Part shown: in pieces, positions 21,268-31,374 of the stretch | Layout: each line of letters opens with the position of its first letter | Position numbering within the stretch: the stretch's first letter is position 1 | Source of the DNA: an uncultured Verrucomicrobiae bacterium | GTDB taxonomy: Bacteria; Verrucomicrobiota; Verrucomicrobiia; Limisphaerales; Palsa-1400 | Length of the DNA stretch: 64,000 nt | Reading direction: 5' to 3' | Assembly (NCBI GenBank): GCA_963702845.1 | Contig: OY969763.1 | Span: 3,584,001 to 3,648,000 of the forward strand | Made by a program: the position numbers and the translations under genes | Notes under the pieces: generated by a model | The model's database searches: none | What the model saw: only the letters and a program-made list of their open reading frames with translations | Told to the model about the DNA's origin: nothing

Positions 21268-23475
21268 ATGAAAAAACCCCGCGCCCATCGTGGAGGAACT
21301 TTACTGAAAAGCATCCTGCTGGTATTCCTGGTCACACTATTACCGAATCCACTGCGCGCGCAGTCGCCGGTAACCATTTACAACTTCAGCAAAGTTGGGT
21401 CGGTTAAAAATTTGCGCTTCCAACCATATCCCAGTGCGGCCGCGTATGCTTTCCTCGGTGGCACTAACATCGCGTTACTGACGCCCGATCCGAATTTCGT
21501 TTTGTCACCTTATCTGATCGGCACGGTAATCATCACCAATTCACCGAGCAACACCGTCACCTTAACCAATTTCGGCTACGAGTGGCGGACCACGAACAGT
21601 CTCCCGCTCAGTTTTTATCAGATCCAGGTTACGCCAATGAACAGCAATGCGGTGCTCTCCGCGCATTTGCTGAATCGGCTTTCCTACGGACCAACTCCCG
21701 ATGAACTCGATCGCGTCACCGCAATGGGTCCCGACGCGTTTATCAACGAGCAGTTGAATCCAGAGACCAACTCCGAAACGGCCGATTCATTGGCGAGCAT
21801 CGTGGCGCTCCAGAACAAACTTGCCGGCCCGACCAAAGTCATCGACCTCGCCCGCCAACTCCAAGCAGACACCAACGGCGTCGTCACCAACGTGATTTGC
21901 ACCAGCACGAACGCGACCATCGCCGACTTACGCGCCTGGCACACCTTGCGCGCCGTGAATGCGAAACGGCAGCTGACGGAGATTCTGCTGCAATTCTTTG
22001 AGAACCATTTCGTGACGCAGTACTCGAAATCCCAGACTTATTTTAATGGCAAATACAACGGTGACGACAACATCATGGAAGACCGCGTTTCAACCCAGTT
22101 GGAGTATCTTGAGAATCTGCGTTGGCGTCAGGCGCTACTGCAACCGAGTTGCACATTTTCAAACCTGCTGACCATCAGCGCCGAAAGCCTCGCGATGATC
22201 ATCTACCTCGACACCGTCACCAGCACGGGTAACGGCAACAATATCGCCAACGAAAACTATGCGCGCGAATTGCAGGAGCTGTTCTGTCTGGGCGTTGACA
22301 ATGGCTATGATCAAAACGATGTCACGACGATGTCGCGGGTGTGGAGCGGTTGGACTTCTGAAATCATCGATCCCGCTAACGTAGGCAATCGGTTCGCCAC
22401 ACAAACAACCAACGTCTATCCATTCGTCACGAATAATTTTTCGGCAATCTCCAACCTCTCTGGCGTTTGGAATTTTGTGTTCAAGTCCTCGACTCACAAC
22501 ACGAATTCCAAATACATCTATTTCGTCACCAACGGCACGGATGTAACGGCAAAGACCGTGCCGTCACGATTCGGCTCGCCGTGGGCTGGTCGTTCTTATG
22601 GTTTGGCCATCCCGTCGCGCGCAGGCACCAATGGGTTGCAAGATGGCTACGATGTCATCGCTCACCTGTCCAACTTGCCGTTCACGGAAGAGTATCTCTC
22701 GGTCAAACTTTGCAATTTGTTTGTGCATGACGGGTTCGCATTGGGATATGACTACACGGACCCAAATCTTTCGCCCGAAGGTCAGCTGGTCCACCAGTGC
22801 ATGCTCGCATGGGAAAACAGCAGTCCGAAAGGAAACATCCGCGCTGTCTTGAGCACGATTTTCAGCTCCGACCTTTTCCGCAGCCAGACAGCAATCATGG
22901 CAAAAGTGAAAACACCTATGGAGATGGTGGTCAGCACTGTGCGTTCGATTCGAATTTTTACGAACAACACCTACACGGCAGACACAGATGGTTATTCATT
23001 CAGCCTCCCGATGGATCGAATGGGCACGATGGACCTGTTTGATCGCAACGATCCCAATGGTTATCCCGAAGACGCCCAGGGTTGGATCAGCGGTGGCACG
23101 CTGGCGGAGCGCGTAAGATTTATTCAATCGTTCTGCATCGCCAGCGGCACGAGCGGTCACAGCGGCGCCCAAAGCGGCACCGGGAATGACGCAGCCAACT
23201 GCACGTGCAATCCCGTCGTCCTGATTAATTACAAAATGCCCTCCACGAATTGGTACAACGAATCTGCCATAGCTGATTACCTGTTGAAAATTCTATTCCC
23301 CACTGAAGGCGCCGGAAACCTGACACTCTACAAAGCCGCCACGGTTAATTATTTATCGACCGACGACAGCGGCAACGCTTCGTTATTAAATTCGTTGAGC
23401 GCCGCCAATTATGACACACGCATCCGCGGAGCTGTCGGGATGCTGATGAGCTTCGCACGTTTTCAGGAACAATAA
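21268..23475 (+). CDS. DUF1800-family protein with N-terminal extension
   Basis: AHLLNRLSYGP, QLTEILLQFFENHF, NENYARELQELFCLG, KVKTPMEMVVS. Confidence 0.85.
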   Translation: MKKPRAHRGGTLLKSILLVFLVTLLPNPLRAQSPVTIYNFSKVGSVKNLRFQPYPSAAAYAFLGGTNIALLTPDPNFVLSPYLIGTVIITNSPSNTVTLTNFGYEWRTTNSLPLSFYQIQVTPMNSNAVLSAHLLNRLSYGPTPDELDRVTAMGPDAFINEQLNPETNSETADSLASIVALQNKLAGPTKVIDLARQLQADTNGVVTNVICTSTNATIADLRAWHTLRAVNAKRQLTEILLQFFENHFVTQYSKSQTYFNGKYNGDDNIMEDRVSTQLEYLENLRWRQALLQPSCTFSNLLTISAESLAMIIYLDTVTSTGNGNNIANENYARELQELFCLGVDNGYDQNDVTTMSRVWSGWTSEIIDPANVGNRFATQTTNVYPFVTNNFSAISNLSGVWNFVFKSSTHNTNSKYIYFVTNGTDVTAKTVPSRFGSPWAGRSYGLAIPSRAGTNGLQDGYDVIAHLSNLPFTEEYLSVKLCNLFVHDGFALGYDYTDPNLSPEGQLVHQCMLAWENSSPKGNIRAVLSTIFSSDLFRSQTAIMAKVKTPMEMVVSTVRSIRIFTNNTYTADTDGYSFSLPMDRMGTMDLFDRNDPNGYPEDAQGWISGGTLAERVRFIQSFCIASGTSGHSGAQSGTGNDAANCTCNPVVLINYKMPSTNWYNESAIADYLLKILFPTEGAGNLTLYKAATVNYLSTDDSGNASLLNSLSAANYDTRIRGAVGMLMSFARFQEQ

Positions 23476-23478
23476 GCC

Positions 23479-25122
23479 ATGCAAACTTTTAACGTCATCA
23501 CACGCCGCGGATTCATGGATCGCAGTTTGAAGATCGGTCTCGGCGTCGCGCTCTCGACCTTAACCGACATTCCGCTCGTGCTCAAACGTGCGCTCGCCGA
23601 TGGCAGCATCGGTGGCAACGGCAAAAAAGTTATATTCCTGTGGATGCGCGGCGCGAACGACGCGTTGAACTCGCTCATTCCGGTCAACGACAGCGCGTAT
23701 GCGACTTCCCGGTCGTCCATTTTAATTCCGACCACTGGCACTCGTTACAACAACAGCAGCGGTCCTTGCGATTTCACACCGGCCAACGGCGGCGACACCT
23801 TCCCCGCTGATGCCAACCTTAAACAATACGCGATTGCCCTCCAAAACGGCTTTGCCGCTTTGAATCCATCTCTGAAATTTCTCGCGCCGGTTTACAATGC
23901 CGGCGAACTCGCGCTGATCCATCGCGTCGGTTACCCGAACCAATCGCGTTCGCATTTTGATTCGCAAAATTATTGGGAGAACGGCGCGCCGAACAACAAA
24001 CTGGTCACTGACGGAATTTTCTATCGCACGATGGTGCAATCGATCCTCAATGGCACCGCCAAGAACCAGGGCCTGACCGGCGTTTCGATTCAATCCGCGT
24101 TGCCGATGATCTTGCGCGGCAGCGGCACGCCGATGACGAATCTGACGGACCCCACTCGCTACAATCTGCTCGGCATCCCGAACACAACAGCGGGCAATAC
24201 GAAAGCGGATAAGTTCATGAACGCGGCGACTGATTATCCGTTCACCCCGAAACTGGACCGCGATTTTCTTCAGCAGAATTACGAAAATCTCGCGACCACC
24301 TTGCAGGTTTTTGCGGGAATCGATTTTTCGGAAACCGGCAACACATTCACCGAAGACCCGAACAATCCAATCGATGGCAGTTCGACGCCTTACAGTCTGT
24401 TTCCGACAACCAATGCCAAAAACGGCGGAGGCGTGACGAATCGTTACGTCGTGGACACTGGCGCTTATACCTTGTTCAAGAACATCAAAGCGGCCGCGCT
24501 CATTCTCAATAAGACCGACGCAATTATTGCCGGCACGGAATTCAGCGGCTTCGACACCCACAACTCGCAAGGCAACTACAGTGGCTCACACGCGAATTTG
24601 CAACGCCGAATAGCATGGGCCATGTATGCGTTGAAACAATATTTTACGCGCTACTCCGATAAAGTTTCGTGGGACGATGTCATTGTCGTGACTCTCTCTG
24701 AGTTCGGTCGCACCACCAAAGAAAACGGCTCCAAAGGCACCGACCATGCCGAAGCAGGCGTGATGTTTGTTGCCGGTGGTAGCGTAAAGGGCTACGGCAA
24801 AACTCCAACTGGCGGTGCCGGTGCCCGCACCAGCGGAGTATTTTGCTGCGGACCCAATTCCGAAGTTTACAACGGCAATACCATCCACTGGAACACCGGC
24901 ACCAGCGGGTCAATGTTCTTCGGCCCGACGAAAAACTATTTGCAACGCGCCGTCGATTATCGATCCGTGCTCGGCGAAATCATTCGCGATCACCTCGGCG
25001 CAAGCCAGACCCAGTTGAACAGCATTATTCCCGGCTACGCGGTGTCGAACGAAAAATTGTTAGGCGGCGGACTCTCCGGAATTGATAACACGACAATTGC
25101 CGGCGAATTGAATATTATCTAG
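23479..25122 (+). CDS. DUF1501-family Tat-exported protein
   Basis: TRRGFM twin-arginine motif; RGANDALN, SRSHFDSQ, GFDTH, SEFGRT..ENG..GTDH. Confidence 0.87.
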   Translation: MQTFNVITRRGFMDRSLKIGLGVALSTLTDIPLVLKRALADGSIGGNGKKVIFLWMRGANDALNSLIPVNDSAYATSRSSILIPTTGTRYNNSSGPCDFTPANGGDTFPADANLKQYAIALQNGFAALNPSLKFLAPVYNAGELALIHRVGYPNQSRSHFDSQNYWENGAPNNKLVTDGIFYRTMVQSILNGTAKNQGLTGVSIQSALPMILRGSGTPMTNLTDPTRYNLLGIPNTTAGNTKADKFMNAATDYPFTPKLDRDFLQQNYENLATTLQVFAGIDFSETGNTFTEDPNNPIDGSSTPYSLFPTTNAKNGGGVTNRYVVDTGAYTLFKNIKAAALILNKTDAIIAGTEFSGFDTHNSQGNYSGSHANLQRRIAWAMYALKQYFTRYSDKVSWDDVIVVTLSEFGRTTKENGSKGTDHAEAGVMFVAGGSVKGYGKTPTGGAGARTSGVFCCGPNSEVYNGNTIHWNTGTSGSMFFGPTKNYLQRAVDYRSVLGEIIRDHLGASQTQLNSIIPGYAVSNEKLLGGGLSGIDNTTIAGELNII

Positions 25123-25124
25123 GC

Positions 25125-26018
25125 GTGCGTTTTGCCTTCGTTCTGTTTCTCGCTGCGTGCCTCACGGCGACGGCGGCCACGTTAGACCAACCGATGGTCC
25201 CGGGCGCAGACACGTGTCTCATTGAGATCGCACCCGACAACAACATGGGCGGGCAAACCTATTTCAACGCGGGCTCTAACATGCAGGCCACTCGCAACCG
25301 AGGTTTGCTTCGATTTGACTTGAGCCAAATCCCACCCGGTTCACTGATTACCTCCGCGACATTGACGCTGTGGGTTGTTGGAGTTCCAACGGATGGCCCG
25401 GCTGGTTCCATTTTCGATTTGCACCGGATGCTAAAACCGTGGGGCGAAGGCTCCGAACTCGCAACCGTCGGCGCTGGTCGCGGCTCACCGGCAACAACGA
25501 ACGAAGCAACATGGAATGATCGCTTCGCTTATGCCAACGCGCCATGGACCGCTCCCGGCGGCGAAGCTGACACCGATTACGTTGCCGTCAGCACCGCCGA
25601 AAAATTTATCTCGGACGCGACCTCATACGACTTCCGCTTTGGCACCCTCGCTCAAGACATCCAATATTGGCTCAACAATCCTCAATCGAACTTCGGCTGG
25701 ATGTTGATGGCCCGCGATGAATCGCAGATTTCGACAGCGCGGCGTTTTGGTTCACGCGAAGATCCCGACAACACACCCACGCTCGATATTTCCTTCATCC
25801 CCGCCACGCACATCGACGCACCGACCATTTCCAGCAACCAATTTACTTTCAGCTTCGTCGCTTTCGCGCAACAGAACTATGCCGTGGAGTATTCTGATGC
25901 GCTCGCAACGAATTGGACCGTGCTGACCAACATCCCCGCGCAACTTGCGCAAACAAACATCATCGTCTCCGACGCCCTCACTCCGACACAACGCTACTAC
26001 CGCGTCAACGCGCAGTAA
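25125..26018 (+). CDS. DNRLRE-like secreted protein with C-terminal beta-sandwich (…RYYRV)
   Basis: Signal peptide; ADTCL..NNMGG..RGLLRFDLSQIPPGSLITSATLTL; WLNNPQSNFGWML. Confidence 0.72.
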   Translation: MRFAFVLFLAACLTATAATLDQPMVPGADTCLIEIAPDNNMGGQTYFNAGSNMQATRNRGLLRFDLSQIPPGSLITSATLTLWVVGVPTDGPAGSIFDLHRMLKPWGEGSELATVGAGRGSPATTNEATWNDRFAYANAPWTAPGGEADTDYVAVSTAEKFISDATSYDFRFGTLAQDIQYWLNNPQSNFGWMLMARDESQISTARRFGSREDPDNTPTLDISFIPATHIDAPTISSNQFTFSFVAFAQQNYAVEYSDALATNWTVLTNIPAQLAQTNIIVSDALTPTQRYYRVNAQ

Positions 26019-27119
26019 TTACCGACCCACCTGTCCGCACAACACCGCCCGACGCGCCCCGGTTGTCTGCGGCAAATTCCCGGGCTTCCCATTCATCCGC
26101 AACCAGGCCAGCAACGCGAACGCCGCCGGCTCTATCGCCTGCACCGGCCAACCAAGCGACTCGCTCGTCATCACTTGAGTCGTCGGTGGGAATTGCGCGC
26201 TGATGGCTTTCACCAGGTGCGGATTGGCTGCGCCGCCGCCGGTGAGAATCAGCCGGTCAGGAACCGAGGGGAGATGCCGTTCGTAATTGAGCGCGAGCGA
26301 CCGCGCCGTAAATTCAGTAAACGTCGCCAAAACGTCGAACTTGCTCAGCCGTTTCGTTTCGCGGATCGCCGTTTTAAAAAATGGTTCGCCGAATAATTCA
26401 CGGCCAGTGCTCTTCGGAGGCTTGCGCTGAAAATATTCGTGCCGCAGCCAGCGTTGAACGAGCGGCTTGCACATCTCCCCGCGCGCCGCCCACATTCCGC
26501 CCTTATCCATGTGCTGGGCGCCACGGGTAAAATGCCGCATCGCCAAATCAATCAGCACATTGGCCGGCCCGGTATCGAACGCGAGCATCTTCGGCTGGGA
26601 ACCCCGTCGCCAGTCCATCGCTGTCACGTTGCTAATGCCGCCTAAATTGTTCACGCAAACGTGCTGACCGCGCTGTGCGAAAACGAATTGATGAAAGATC
26701 GTCGCTAACGGCGCACCCTGCCCTCCGGCCGCAATATCCGCGGAGCGAAAATTGCTCACCACCGGCGCACCCAACGCTTCAACGAGATAAGCCGGTTCGC
26801 CAAGCTGAATCGTCGCCGGAGCTTTTTTATCGGGGTTGTGGAAAATAGTCTGCCCGTGCAAACCGACAACATCCGGCCGCTTTCCTTTTTTCGCATGCGC
26901 CGCGTAAAATCGGCCAAGGTCATGATGCATCTGGCCGACCTCGTATGAGCTCGCTTCATTCGCAGCAGCTCGATGCAAGTTCTTGCGCAGGGCATTGGGA
27001 AAATCCGCCGACCAAAGCTTTTCCAGCTCCACGGACTTGTCAGTTATACGGCACGAGGCGTAATCAACCGAATCAATGCTGGTGCCGGACATAATCCCAA
27101 GAACACGCGAAGATTTCAT
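26019..27119 (-). CDS. anmK: Anhydro-N-acetylmuramic acid kinase
   Basis: GIMSGTSIDSVD, GLHGQTIFH, DIAAGGQGAPL, FDTGPAN, PPKSTGRELF. Confidence 0.95.
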   Translation of the reverse strand: MKSSRVLGIMSGTSIDSVDYASCRITDKSVELEKLWSADFPNALRKNLHRAAANEASSYEVGQMHHDLGRFYAAHAKKGKRPDVVGLHGQTIFHNPDKKAPATIQLGEPAYLVEALGAPVVSNFRSADIAAGGQGAPLATIFHQFVFAQRGQHVCVNNLGGISNVTAMDWRRGSQPKMLAFDTGPANVLIDLAMRHFTRGAQHMDKGGMWAARGEMCKPLVQRWLRHEYFQRKPPKSTGRELFGEPFFKTAIRETKRLSKFDVLATFTEFTARSLALNYERHLPSVPDRLILTGGGAANPHLVKAISAQFPPTTQVMTSESLGWPVQAIEPAAFALLAWLRMNGKPGNLPQTTGARRAVLCGQVGR

Positions 27120-27240
27120 CGGACAAACATTAGTAAATTGACAGTTTTTGTAAACTTAAGCTGTGTTTTACAACGTGAATCCATTGACAAACTTTCACGC
27201 CATGGGCACAATCCTCCGCGTAGCCCAGACGTTCCCAGTT

Positions 27241-30200
27241 ATGAAAACTGCCCTTTCACACCTTATTGTAGTCTCACTGTCACTCACCTTGTCGTTGACT
27301 GCAGTCAACGCCCAGACCACTTACACATTGGATGCTGCTGGAAGCTTCGGCTCACGCGGCGACGGCAGCATTCAGCCGGACGATTCCATTGGGACTAATC
27401 CGCAGAGCGGTAACGACATTAAAATCAGCGCGCCCGGCGGCCACGGCGTTCAACCTGGCGACGCAACCATTTCGACTAACGGCTTCGACATGCGCGGCAT
27501 GACCTACGATCCTGTCACCGGCCACCTCGTGTTCGTGGATACACACACCGGTTCGGGCGGCTCGCAAACTATGGCCACGAATTCCGCCATTTACATTCTC
27601 GACGGCAACACCGGCCAGATCCTCAGTGCGCTTAATACGAACGGCATTATCAACGATACCGGAGGTGTTGGTTGCGTCGTCACCGCAGCGGTCGCCGACG
27701 ACGGCGTGATCTACGTCGCCAACCAAATTAACAATGCCACCCTTGGCAGTTTCAAAATCTATCGCTGGCCAACAGCCAACGTAAATGCCCCGAACTTCAA
27801 TGAGGTAGCGCAGGTCGCATTCTCCAATAAACTGGAAGTCAGCGAGCGTCTCTCTCAGACAATTGACATTCGCGGGTCCGGAACCAACACGCAGATCATC
27901 GTTGGGACGTCGTCAGTTCAGTCGGGCGATCCCGGCACGAACTGCTGGATATTCACGACGGTAGACGGAACCAACTTCCTTCAGCACCGCATTTACTTTC
28001 CTGGTATTACGACCGCCAACTTTAACGACGGCATCGCCTTCGGTCCCGGGAACACGTTCTTCGCCAAACAAGTCGGCAAACCCCTCCTGGTCTTGAGCTA
28101 TGACCCGGTCACTTACGCCGGAACAGTGATCAAAAGCTTCGTTGCTTCTTCGCCCAACGATCCGTTGCTCAACATCTCTGCCATCACCTACGATCCAGCC
28201 ACCAAACTGCTCGGTGGCCTCGAAGAAATCGGCGGCACCGCATCTGGCGGTCGCGGAAACGTTTGGTTGTTTGATTTTTCTGATCCGACCAATCACGCCC
28301 CGGCAGTTCTTAGTTCGCGCACATTCATTCCAAATTTCCAGAAAACAACCGCGCCGATGGGCTACCTTCGCTTCGGTGGCGGAAAACTTTATGCGCACGC
28401 GTCGAACAACGGTTTCCTGACAAGTTCGGTTAAATCGTCAGCCCTCGATGTTCCATCCTTCACCCTCGACCTGCCCCAAACAAATAAAGTGCCGGTGACA
28501 TTGAGCGCGCATTTCGAAGTTCAAGCTGTCTATGACGTGACGAACTATCAATGGTATTCCAACAACGTCGCCATTCCCGGAGCGAACACCTACTACTATG
28601 ACATCACCAATGTTCAATCGAGCATGAACAATTCAGTGTTCAAGGTGATTGCCTATAACGCGGCCAGTTCCATCACGAGCACTTCTTGCAAACTCAAAGT
28701 CGTTAATCCCACCGATTTCTTCCACCTGACAAGCCTCTGGACGGCCGTTGCGAACACCTCCACGGCGGCGACTAATTACATCACCTCCAACGGCGGAAGC
28801 GGCACACCCAAGGAACGCACGATTGCTTACAATGCCTTCTCCAATCAACTGCTCGTCGTGCGAGGCTCGGCCACGACGCCCATAGTGTTCGTGGTCGATG
28901 CCGCCACTGGCACGAACCTTTACACGTTGAACATGTCAACCAACGTCAAAGGTGGACAAACCCTTTCCTTGTGCGGCATTGGCGTCGCCGATGACGGTGC
29001 CGTCTACGCCTGCAACGTTGCCTCTGATGCGACCTTCCGAATTTATCGCTGGGCCGATACAGGCTCGAACACGCTGCCACAGGTCATCTATGGCACGAAC
29101 TCCGCCAGCGGCCAATACAACCCGATCGGCGATTTTGTCGGCAATGTGTTCTTTCGGTTTGGCGATAACCTCGCTGTTCATGGTTCGGGCGTGAACACTG
29201 AAATCATTCTCGATTCTCAAAACTCTACGAAATATTTCTCCGTCATTCGCCCCGTCGACGACACGATGACAAATTGGAATTCGACCGGCTACCTATTGCA
29301 GAACAAGCAGGGCAGCTACGGTTCAGAATCATACGGCACAAGTATCGGCCGCAGCTTGCAGTTTGGAGCAAGCGGCACCACTTCAACATTCTGGCAGAAA
29401 CGATACAGCACTGCAGGCGCACCGGTCGCGCAAATGAGCTATACGTCCGGCGGTGGTTTGTCGCCGCTGGTATTGGCGAACTTTTCCTTGCCGATGTTCA
29501 CCAACGGCTCCATCGGCCTGAACTTCTCGCTCAATATCGCGGCAGCAGTTAACTTCGTCGGAGGCATCGGCAGCGCTAATACATCACCAGACACCCTGAG
29601 CTACTACGACTTCAGCGACCCGACTCAGTCAGTTCTCTTGAGTCAAGTTGCGTTGGCGGGCTCCAACTCTGGTGGCCATACGGCCAATGCCAACGCCATC
29701 AGTCAGGTCATTTTCGGATCGAATCCAACGACTGGATCCAACTACGTTTTCGTCATTAACGGAAACAACGGGGTCAATGCCTACTCTCTCGAAGGCGGCT
29801 CAATTCCCGCACCAAAAGTGCTCATCCAGCCACACAACGTGCGGATGCTCACTGGCTCGTCCAGTAGTATGTCCGTCACACTCGATCAGCCTTGTAACAT
29901 TACCTGGTATAAAGGCACGAACTCGCCAGTGAACACCGGCGTGAGCGGCTCCACTTATCCCATTCCAAATGCTCAGCCGACCGACGGCGGTGATTATTTC
30001 GTCGTCGCGTTCAATGGAAACGGCTCCGTGACCAGCCTTGTAGCACACGTCACAGTGGCTGATGCCTCACAATTCCCAACGCTCGCGCAAGTGTGGGGAG
30101 CCGGCGCCGGCAATAGTTCGTACCCATACGTGACATCTGCTGGTGGCCCGAATACACCCGCCGAACGTTCGTTCGCTTACAATCGTGTGGCAAATCAGTT

Positions 30201-31306
30201 GGTGGTTGTCCGCTGCCCTCCGGCCAGCACGACCTACACCTTGTCGGTCGTCGACGCCAACACGGGTAACTTCCTCTACACGATGAATACAACTGGGGTG
30301 GTTCATGAGCCGGGATCTGAAGTGAGCGGCTCAAATCCGATTGACCTCGTCGGCGCCGCCTGCGCTGATGACGGTGCGCTTTATATTGCCGGAACGTCTC
30401 CAAATGCTTCAGGCGGTTCAGCCGGAGATCCCACCAAGATGATGCACATCTACCGTTGGCCGGATACCGGCGCGAGCACCGCTCCCGTCCTCGTTTTTCA
30501 AGGCGACCCGAGCGGACAACCGGCGGGCATCAATCTCCGATGGGGTGATGTTCTCGCGGCCCGTGGTTCCGGCACAAACACCGAACTATTCATGAACTCC
30601 TTTGAAGGTACTGTACGCTGCCGTGTTGCAACCGACTGATAGCACCATGGCAACATTCACCAACCTGTTCTTCAACGATGTCGCTGGCGGTGGTTCCATC
30701 GGCCGCAGTGTTCAGTTTGGCCCTGGAAACTCGGTCTTCGAGAAGCGTCGCGGTAATTCGCTGATCTATTCTTCCTACACTCTGTCGAACCAAACCGCCC
30801 AATTGATTTTCAACGCCCCGTCAACAGCGACGTTGGGAGGTCTCGCCGTAGACTTGGCCAATAACCTCGGCGCCGGCGTCGACTTCATCGGTGCGGCCAA
30901 CACCAAGCCGGACGCGGTATCGTTATATGACATCGCCGACCCGACTTCTCCGCTGTTGCTTGGTCAATACAACTTCCCGTCCAACCAGATCGCCAACGCC
31001 AACTCCATTTGCCAGACGCTCGTCGTCAGCAATCGCGTGTTCGCCCTCGACGGCAACAACGGCATGGTTGCATTCAATATTCTTCCTCCAGCGAGCGCGA
31101 ATCCGCCCGCGTTGAGCATCAGCCTCTCGGGCCAGAACGTCATCGTGTCTTGGCCGCAACAAGGCAGCTTCACGTTGCAAGGAGTCGGCTCGTTAACGAC
31201 CCCGATAGGTTGGACCGATCTCAGCACTGGAACGCCTGCCAACGGCCAATATGTCGTGACCAATTCGATCATTGCTCCTGCGGTTTTCTATCGTTTGCGA
31301 CAGTAA
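27241..31306 (+). CDS. Large secreted protein: three DUF4623-like propeller modules separated by Ig-like domains (one frameshift near 30613)
   Basis: Three copies of [ER.xAY...D..TG...ADDG..Y...IYRW...RG.G.NT]; Ig motifs YQWYSNN and ITWYKG; C-terminal FYRLRQ. Confidence 0.72.
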
Positions 31307-31337
31307 CGGCTCAAAAAAAACAATTTTGAGTTTCAAA

Positions 31338-31374
31338 AACACGCTGGGCGTATTTAAGTTACGCCCAGCGTGTT
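31338..31374. promoter_or_regulatory. Perfect 15 bp inverted repeat covering the aroA start codon
   Basis: aacacgctgggcgta - tttaagt - tacgcccagcgtgtt; the GTG start at 31370 lies in the right arm. Confidence 0.6.
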
